A DNA stretch of 64,000 nt, taken from the IMG/VR virus record IMGVR_UViG_3300028615_000137, positions 1 through 64,000 of that record; one strand, given 5' to 3'. Source of the DNA: a virus. A program made the translations under genes and the position numbers. Positions 57,330 through 64,000 of this stretch are shown here, in pieces (position 1 is the first letter of the stretch; each line of letters opens with the position of its first letter). The notes beneath the pieces are model-generated. The model had not been told where the DNA came from. It made no database searches and was given only the letters and a program-made list of their open reading frames with translations.

Positions 57330-58835
57330 ATGGCAATTTTAGGACAAAACACAGATTATACGGATGCCGATTTCGATTCGTTACGAATTCGTCTATTCAA
57401 TTTGATTCAGTCCGTGTTTCCGGATTGGACAGAACAAAATGTTGCAAATTTCGGCAATATTTTGATCGAATTATATGCTTTCGTGGGCGACGTTTTGTGT
57501 ACTTATCAAAACAACCAAGCACTAGAATCTAGATGGACCTTAACCACACAGCGCAAGAATCTGGTCGCTTTAGCTAAGCTAATTGGTTATACCCCCTCTG
57601 GAGCTACTGCGTCTCAAGTAGATTTAAATATTTCTATCAATTCTGTAGCTCCTGCCGATGTTGACTATCCGGCGGGTAGCATTTTCAGAACTTCTGATAT
57701 AGTCAATCCAGTTACGTTTCGATTGTTAAACGACGAGACTATTACAGCTGGGCAACTTTCTATAACTGCAACCGCGGAAAATTCCGAACCACACGAAGAA
57801 ATTTTTGACTCGACAGAAAAACCAGATCAAAAAATAACATTAACAGCTACACCGTTCTTAGACGATTCGGAAGAAATCGTAGCCGACAACGGGACTTACG
57901 AAAAAGTAGATAGCTTTTTAGATAGTGCATCTACCGATTTGCATTATACCGTTTCCGTGAATCAAAACGATAAAGCTACCATCACTTTCGGCAATGGAAT
58001 ATCTGGCGCTATTCCCGTCGGTGCAATAGCTATAAATTATAAAACTGGTGGTGGTACGGCAGGTCAAGTAGATGCTAATACGGTTACTATTGTTCAAGGC
58101 TCGTATTCGGACAATTTGGGCAACCCCGTTATTACTTCTGTAAACAACCCCAGTCCATCTACGCCCGCTGTAGACAGAGAAAATATTGCACAAATAAAAG
58201 TTGCTGCGCCCAATTCGATCAAAGTGGTAAATCGAACAGTGGCCAGAGAAGATTTCGAAATCAATGCCAATAAGCTATCTTCCGTGGCTCGCTCTTTGAT
58301 GTTGACTTCGGACCAAGATCCTTCCATCGACGAGAACACCGGTTTCTTGTTTGTCATTCCTGAAGGCGGAGGCTTGCCAACTCAACAAATTAAAGACGAT
58401 GTATTGGCTCAAGTTACTGAAACTTTTCCAAGTACTTTAACCTTTCAAGTTAATGTCGTCGATCCGTTATATTTTCCAGTCGACGTAGCTGCTACAATTT
58501 ATTTTACCCCTGGCAGTAATCCAGAAACTGTGAAAAATTCGATCATTACTAATCTGACTAATTACTTTGCAATAAAAAATTCCGATGGCACTATAAACGA
58601 AAACGTTGGGTTTGGATATGACTTCGTAGAAGAAGTAGGAGCTTCTACAGGCGCATTACCCCTGTCAGATATTTACAACGTTGTCAGAGATACAATAGGC
58701 GTTAGAAAAATTTCTTCCATACCGAACGATTTCACATTGAACGAAGTGCATGCTGATGTCGAATTCTTGCTAAAAGAATTCGTTACTCTCGGCGAAGTTA
58801 CGATCATTAACGGAGATACTGGTAGCCAAGTTTAA
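57330..58835 (+). CDS. Baseplate J/gp6-like wedge protein
   Basis: DYT..DF.S, PDWT, LA..IGY.P, I.FG.G..G.IP, Y..GGG..G, R.V..EDF. Confidence 0.9.
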   Translation: MAILGQNTDYTDADFDSLRIRLFNLIQSVFPDWTEQNVANFGNILIELYAFVGDVLCTYQNNQALESRWTLTTQRKNLVALAKLIGYTPSGATASQVDLNISINSVAPADVDYPAGSIFRTSDIVNPVTFRLLNDETITAGQLSITATAENSEPHEEIFDSTEKPDQKITLTATPFLDDSEEIVADNGTYEKVDSFLDSASTDLHYTVSVNQNDKATITFGNGISGAIPVGAIAINYKTGGGTAGQVDANTVTIVQGSYSDNLGNPVITSVNNPSPSTPAVDRENIAQIKVAAPNSIKVVNRTVAREDFEINANKLSSVARSLMLTSDQDPSIDENTGFLFVIPEGGGLPTQQIKDDVLAQVTETFPSTLTFQVNVVDPLYFPVDVAATIYFTPGSNPETVKNSIITNLTNYFAIKNSDGTINENVGFGYDFVEEVGASTGALPLSDIYNVVRDTIGVRKISSIPNDFTLNEVHADVEFLLKEFVTLGEVTIINGDTGSQV

Positions 58836-60382
58836 TGCCAAACACTTTCCAAAACAAAAGCTTCGAAGCTGAAAATCCATCTTTGCTCGGCACGCCTGAA
58901 GATTGGAACGAGAGTGTTGTTTCTAACGGCATGCGACAAGCTTTGTACGGAATTGGCGAAGGACCGGATTATAAACCGCCTTATGAACAATTTGAGAACG
59001 ATTGGAACAATCTATCTTACTTGTTTTTGTTCGACGATTTAGACTTAGACGTAGCTACATACGATTCTTCGATAGTTTTGGAAGATTTTGAAGACTATGA
59101 AGAAGGTTGGTTTAACAATCAAGATTATCTATTTGAGCTGGTTTCGATCCAAGCTTTCGTAAATGACGGTCAAGCTTTCATAGATAGTAGTATTTCAGAT
59201 ACTTATAATCTTCCCGATGGAACGAATCATTCTATCACTACTGATTTAGGTACAGCCAACACGGGGACGATTGTTGGCGATATTGCGAAATATACCACTT
59301 CTGGATTTACGGATCCTACTCTATTTTCTGGCCAAGAATCGATAGATATAACAATTGGCACAATTTTCGAAGCAGAAACTAGAACAGTAATCTTCTTTAT
59401 TGCAGATCAAACCATTAACGATGTGGTCACCAGGATAAACAACGTTATCAACCCTCTTGTTGGAACTTCAATTGGGGAAGCGTTTATAGACGGCTCCGAA
59501 ATTCGTTTCGAGGCAATAGAAAAGGGGACCGATAGCTTTCTTTTGATTGAGGGAGACCCGGCTGTAATGACCATTTTAGGTCTAGCTTCCTTTCCGCCGC
59601 AGGGAGTTAATGGTACTGGTAACGTAGGTAATTTATCTGAAATAACTACTGAAGATTTAATCAACGCTCTGAATACTCCCGCGCTTGAAACTATCGGTGT
59701 AGGAATAACATACGGAGAAAGCACCGATGTTCTTAGATTTTCCAGAACACAACATGGTACAGGGACTATAGAATTTGATTCTCCTGGTAGCGACCTTACT
59801 ACTGCTTTAGGCATAACAACGGGTGTTACTGTCGGACCTACAGGAATTTCTCCTGTCGACGAAACAACTTTTGAACAAGAGTGGAACAATACCGATTACG
59901 ATTTTGCTATTGGTTCGCTGGACGCCGCAGGAACGCAAACTTTCGAGCCCGGCAACGGTTGGTCTAATGATACATATCAATATGTACTTGGTAGCACAGA
60001 TAGAGCCGAATATTACAACGATACGAGAGACCAGGAAGATTTCGAAGATTTGGCTTCTCCATTCGACTTTATTAGCACCCTACCCAACTTTGCTATAGGT
60101 GAAATTACTATCCCAAGCCATGGCCTTAACGTGGGTGAAAGAGTAGCATTCCTAAATGAAGGTGGAAGATTACCGAGTGGTATGTCAGATAGTCCGGTAG
60201 AATCTGGTGAAGGTGGGAAAACAGAATATCCTTATGTAGTAGAATCTGTTGTTACACCAAATATAATCACTTTGAACAGTTTTGTAGGTGGGCCATTAGT
60301 CACATTTGACGATGCTGGCACCGGTGTACACTATCTTCTGAAAGATACTAACCTTTACTGGACGAAAAAACTAAACATTTAA
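58835..60382 (+). CDS. Acidic virion/baseplate-associated protein
   Basis: Repeated E.FE..W.N..Y.F motif; position. Confidence 0.65.
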   Translation: MPNTFQNKSFEAENPSLLGTPEDWNESVVSNGMRQALYGIGEGPDYKPPYEQFENDWNNLSYLFLFDDLDLDVATYDSSIVLEDFEDYEEGWFNNQDYLFELVSIQAFVNDGQAFIDSSISDTYNLPDGTNHSITTDLGTANTGTIVGDIAKYTTSGFTDPTLFSGQESIDITIGTIFEAETRTVIFFIADQTINDVVTRINNVINPLVGTSIGEAFIDGSEIRFEAIEKGTDSFLLIEGDPAVMTILGLASFPPQGVNGTGNVGNLSEITTEDLINALNTPALETIGVGITYGESTDVLRFSRTQHGTGTIEFDSPGSDLTTALGITTGVTVGPTGISPVDETTFEQEWNNTDYDFAIGSLDAAGTQTFEPGNGWSNDTYQYVLGSTDRAEYYNDTRDQEDFEDLASPFDFISTLPNFAIGEITIPSHGLNVGERVAFLNEGGRLPSGMSDSPVESGEGGKTEYPYVVESVVTPNIITLNSFVGGPLVTFDDAGTGVHYLLKDTNLYWTKKLNI

Positions 60383-60394
60383 GGTAAATATAAA

Positions 60395-61111
60395 ATGGCC
60401 GAGAGCGATTACACATTATTGGATGATTCATTGGACATTAGCAGCATCGATAGAGGAGTTACAGCCGGCGTCGCTCCCCCCAATTCTGCTGGCTCCAATA
60501 ACTTTGTCTTTGGTTTCAATTCGAAAGTCACGGCAGACGGCGCGGCAGGTTTGTTTACAAATCAAGTAAATTTTGCGCCGATGACCAAAGGTGGCAGTAT
60601 CCGCGGAGCTATTAAACGGGGTCTCAGTGGAGGAAATACGGGATTTGCTCCGATGCTATTTCTGGGGCTTCAAGGCACATCCGTTTTAGACAACGGTTAT
60701 ATTCTCGGTATAGCAGACGGGGACCCATCACATATAACCCTCAAAAAGGGTTCATTGGCTACCGGATTACCTGATCTGAATCCGGATCCAGATGGAGCTA
60801 ACGGAATTCTACTTCAAAGTGTTAAGACAGTCGATATCGACGAATGGGTGCACGTTCGTTTAGATATGATTGTTAACACAAACGGCGACGTAATTCTTCA
60901 ATGCTTTGAAAATGATCTAAATGTCAATCCAATCGGCGATCCACCTTCTTGGACTCCCATAGTTGGCATGGAGCAAATAATCGACGACGCTTTGGAAGTT
61001 ACAACGGGTTCTGCCGCTTTCACAAGTGGTAGGGCAGGCTTCGCTTTCCATAGTACAGATATTACCAGACGTGGTTATTTCGATCATATTGAAATTTTTA
61101 GACAACTGTAA
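60395..61111 (+). CDS. Virion protein (beta-sandwich/lectin-like)
   Basis: WVHVRLD, GRAGF, YFDHIE. Confidence 0.6.
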   Translation: MAESDYTLLDDSLDISSIDRGVTAGVAPPNSAGSNNFVFGFNSKVTADGAAGLFTNQVNFAPMTKGGSIRGAIKRGLSGGNTGFAPMLFLGLQGTSVLDNGYILGIADGDPSHITLKKGSLATGLPDLNPDPDGANGILLQSVKTVDIDEWVHVRLDMIVNTNGDVILQCFENDLNVNPIGDPPSWTPIVGMEQIIDDALEVTTGSAAFTSGRAGFAFHSTDITRRGYFDHIEIFRQL

Positions 61112-62115
61112 TGGCTACTGAACGCACAGCATTTTATACCGACTTACCAGGAGTCGAACAATCTCGAGTAGAAAATTTAAAAAATTATTCTGCTCCTGAT
61201 GGCGATGCTGTATTATGTCTAGGCAGCGATCAAAAGGGACACCAAAGGCTGTTTAAAGTTGGTGATAGCATAAGCTATTCCCAAACTGCTGATAGAGATG
61301 CTTTAGAAAATATTGTAAAGATACAATCTCGAATCAGAGGTTCTTCAAAGCTACCGATTGTTTCTACAATCACAGAGCCGTTTAACTTAGTAAATGGTGA
61401 CAATATAAACATATTACTCAATGATTCATTGATACCACAAAATGTAATTTTTTCTGACGGAAATTATGGTAGCCCCGCAGTTATATTATCAGCAAATTCC
61501 GAACCATTTACTACTGTACCGGGAGATAACCTAGTAATAGAAGTTAACGGAACTCCTAACGATATCATTTTTGGAGAAGCTGACGTTACTACTGCTGAAA
61601 ATGTTGCAGATGTTATAAACGAACAAATTAGTGGAGCTTATGCGACGGTATATGGTTCAAGTGGGAAAATTCGGCTCGTTACCAGTGCAAAAGGATCTAG
61701 TGAAACTTTAGAAATAACTGGCGGTACCGCTGCTGCAATTTTCAATTTCCCTGGTGGTGTAAACTCTGGTTCTGGTGATATTTCTTCGGCTTTGGCATAC
61801 GAAGTTGTTCAACAGATAAACGAACAGACGACTGGCTTATTAGCCGAAAGTACAGACGAAGGTGAAATTGTAATAAATTCAAACAGGGTTGGTAGAAAGA
61901 ACAAAGTAACGATTATAAGTGGAACAGCACAAAGCAAATTTAACTTTGTACAACTAGCATGGAAGTTTACTCTATTTGCCGATTCGGTAGAACAATTTTC
62001 TATAACATTTGGCCCCGGTAGAGAAAAAGATTTGTTAGATCTTGGTTCACATTTATCTAACATAGGGCCAAATTCTATTGAATTATCCTTTGAACTGAAG
62101 TTGGTGACGATATGA
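61111..62115 (+). CDS. Virion protein with sheath-insertion-like domains
   Basis: EPF.L..GD.L.I.VNG...TA..VA.VIN..I.GA.A, as in the sheath insert. Confidence 0.65.
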   Translation: MATERTAFYTDLPGVEQSRVENLKNYSAPDGDAVLCLGSDQKGHQRLFKVGDSISYSQTADRDALENIVKIQSRIRGSSKLPIVSTITEPFNLVNGDNINILLNDSLIPQNVIFSDGNYGSPAVILSANSEPFTTVPGDNLVIEVNGTPNDIIFGEADVTTAENVADVINEQISGAYATVYGSSGKIRLVTSAKGSSETLEITGGTAAAIFNFPGGVNSGSGDISSALAYEVVQQINEQTTGLLAESTDEGEIVINSNRVGRKNKVTIISGTAQSKFNFVQLAWKFTLFADSVEQFSITFGPGREKDLLDLGSHLSNIGPNSIELSFELKLVTI

Positions 62116-63407
62116 GTTTCTATCTAGAGTTACCATCCGTGTATGTCGACGACTTGCAGTTTATGCAAGAAGCTACAGCCTTTTTACTACTCAATAGAAT
62201 TCCGGAACCGACAGAGACGGACGTTGCTAGCGATTCTAGCATCAAATTTACTATAGTAAATACAGATGCGACTGGAATAAGCAATCTCGATGTAGATACT
62301 TTCATAAATTCTGTTCAAGCTATAGATGATGGAAGCTTCATCAACGGCTATTCTGGTTCATTTATTCAAATAGACCCAGATACACTTTCCGTGGAAATTT
62401 TCCCTCCGTCTAACTTCAATTCGTTAGAAGAAGTCGAAGTACAAGTTGTGCACGCAGGCAATCCCGTGCTTTTAGACGAAACTTATTCGTTTTTTGCAGA
62501 GGATTTATCTTCTCCAATAATAGACGAAGTAATTACTCGAGATCAAAAAATAATAAGAGTATCGTTTAGCGAGACTCTGTCGATCGACAACATTTTTGAC
62601 ACATCCAATTATTCTATATTGAGAAGAGATGCAGATTTAAACAACTGCCCCGCTGTCAATCTATCTGTCGTCAACGTAGAACTGATAGAAGATAACGTAA
62701 TCGAAATTGAAACTGATATCGTGATGACCCCTGACGGTCCCTATACTTTAGTCATTTCGAATATTACAGATATTTTCGATAATCCTATTATAGCTCCATT
62801 CAACAATTTCGATTTTCTTGGCTTTGTACCAGAAATTCCCGATGGAAGATTCTTCGATTTATACAGGATGTTGCCTCAAAAGAATCGTGATGAAGATGCA
62901 TCTTTAGATCTTTACCGATTCATAAAATGTCTACAAGAAATTACAAACTTAAATCTGACTTCTGTGGATAGATGGACAAACATTCTAGACCCAGATTTGG
63001 CCCCAGAAAATTATTTAGACGCAATGTTGGCGGATTTGGGTAACCCATTTGATTTTGAACTCGATGTTACTCAAAAGAGAAAATTGATCAAAATTCTGCT
63101 AGCCATCTATAAACAAAAAGGCACTGCTGTAGGCATAATAAACGTAATACGTTTTTTCTTGGGCATCGAAGTAGAAATTGAGACCGCCACTGGAGAAGCC
63201 GTCTTGCTAGGCGAGGGAGTGTTAGGGGGTTCTGGAGTTGGGGAAGAAGGCGATTTCGTCTTAGGTGCGAGTATAGATTTTTTGAAATATTCTTTCATTG
63301 TGATTTCGCCTGTAACACTGGATGCTGGACAAGAAGAAATTTTGGACAAAATTGTAGACTACATGAAACCAGCTCATACACACCATATTGAGACACAACA
63401 ACCATAA
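62112..63407 (+). CDS. Baseplate wedge/tail protein I-like with N-terminal Ig-like domains
   Basis: DPD.AP..YL..ML.DLG, IYK.KGT..GI, IVDYMKPAHTH. Confidence 0.82.
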   Translation: MSFYLELPSVYVDDLQFMQEATAFLLLNRIPEPTETDVASDSSIKFTIVNTDATGISNLDVDTFINSVQAIDDGSFINGYSGSFIQIDPDTLSVEIFPPSNFNSLEEVEVQVVHAGNPVLLDETYSFFAEDLSSPIIDEVITRDQKIIRVSFSETLSIDNIFDTSNYSILRRDADLNNCPAVNLSVVNVELIEDNVIEIETDIVMTPDGPYTLVISNITDIFDNPIIAPFNNFDFLGFVPEIPDGRFFDLYRMLPQKNRDEDASLDLYRFIKCLQEITNLNLTSVDRWTNILDPDLAPENYLDAMLADLGNPFDFELDVTQKRKLIKILLAIYKQKGTAVGIINVIRFFLGIEVEIETATGEAVLLGEGVLGGSGVGEEGDFVLGASIDFLKYSFIVISPVTLDAGQEEILDKIVDYMKPAHTHHIETQQP

Positions 63408-63450
63408 AATGCGAAAATGTTGTAAAATATATAATATCTGGAGATATTAA

Positions 63451-64000
63451 ATGGCTGATAGGCGAGACTATTTTTACCTTCAAAAACTGACAGAAGCCGA
63501 ATTAGATGCTGGTTTTGAAGGCGTTGAACAATCGATTTTCAATATTGCCAAGGATTATAGCCTGTATGGCATAACTTCCGGCTTAGAAGTATCTGAATCC
63601 GCCGTTCCCGCAATTACCGTAGATATTAATAATGGAGTTGCATATTCAAATCTAGGAGAAAGAATTGAAATAGAAAGTCCATTGGCCGATGTTGATGTAT
63701 CTCAAGACGATGGTGCTATTTCTACGGCCGTTTCTAGCCCTGGCAACGAAAAGTACATTTCCGTATTCCTAGAGTTTGATCGATTGCTGTCAGACCCCAG
63801 AACGGATGGTAACGGCTTTGTTGTATACCACATTAGAGAAGAATCTTATCAAATTTCTATTGTACAAGGCTCTGAAGCCCCCCTTGGCACAGCGGGCAAA
63901 CCTCCACTTGATAGTGATAAAGTATTATTAGCGGACGTCAGACTTATTTTCGGTCAAACAGAAATATTAGATGCCAATATCGACACGGACCGTCGACAAT
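63451..64000 (+). CDS. Tail-fibre-proximal protein, 3' end outside window
   Basis: Manual: MADRRDYFYLQKLTEAELDAGF...GITSGLEV...GVAY..LGERI; open to window end; RBS ggag. Confidence 0.7.
   Translation, partial: MADRRDYFYLQKLTEAELDAGFEGVEQSIFNIAKDYSLYGITSGLEVSESAVPAITVDINNGVAYSNLGERIEIESPLADVDVSQDDGAISTAVSSPGNEKYISVFLEFDRLLSDPRTDGNGFVVYHIREESYQISIVQGSEAPLGTAGKPPLDSDKVLLADVRLIFGQTEILDANIDTDRRQ

Overview
Part of a large, AT-rich contractile-tailed (myovirus-like) phage genome. 1-6.2 kb: two converging arrays of short pentapeptide-repeat protein (PRP) paralogues (5 on +, 4 on -; the left array runs off the window edge), separated by repeated promoter/palindrome units. They flank a core made of a probable small terminase gene and ~1 kb of non-coding DNA that carries a perfect chromosomal-type parS site and paired sigma-54-like motifs. 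6.2-19.4 kb: small hypothetical genes, tRNA-Lys(UUU), tRNA-Arg(UCU) and nucleotide-metabolism genes (HAD phosphatase, nucleotidyltransferase, IMPDH/GMPR, metallophosphoesterase, stand-alone NrdJ C-terminal domain, SLOG, dCMP deaminase, ThyA), plus a sigma-region-4 protein. 19.5-64 kb: morphogenesis genes on +: portal, split prohead protease/scaffold, major capsid protein, a ~17 kb block of modular fibre/decoration proteins with an embedded patatin phospholipase, neck, sheath, tube, frameshifted tail chaperone, tape measure and baseplate. No large terminase, integrase, reverse transcriptase, lysin or CRISPR array was recognised. Best candidate for an undescribed system: the inverted, mosaic PRP cassette array around the terS/parS core. 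All product calls come from motif recognition by eye, not database searches.
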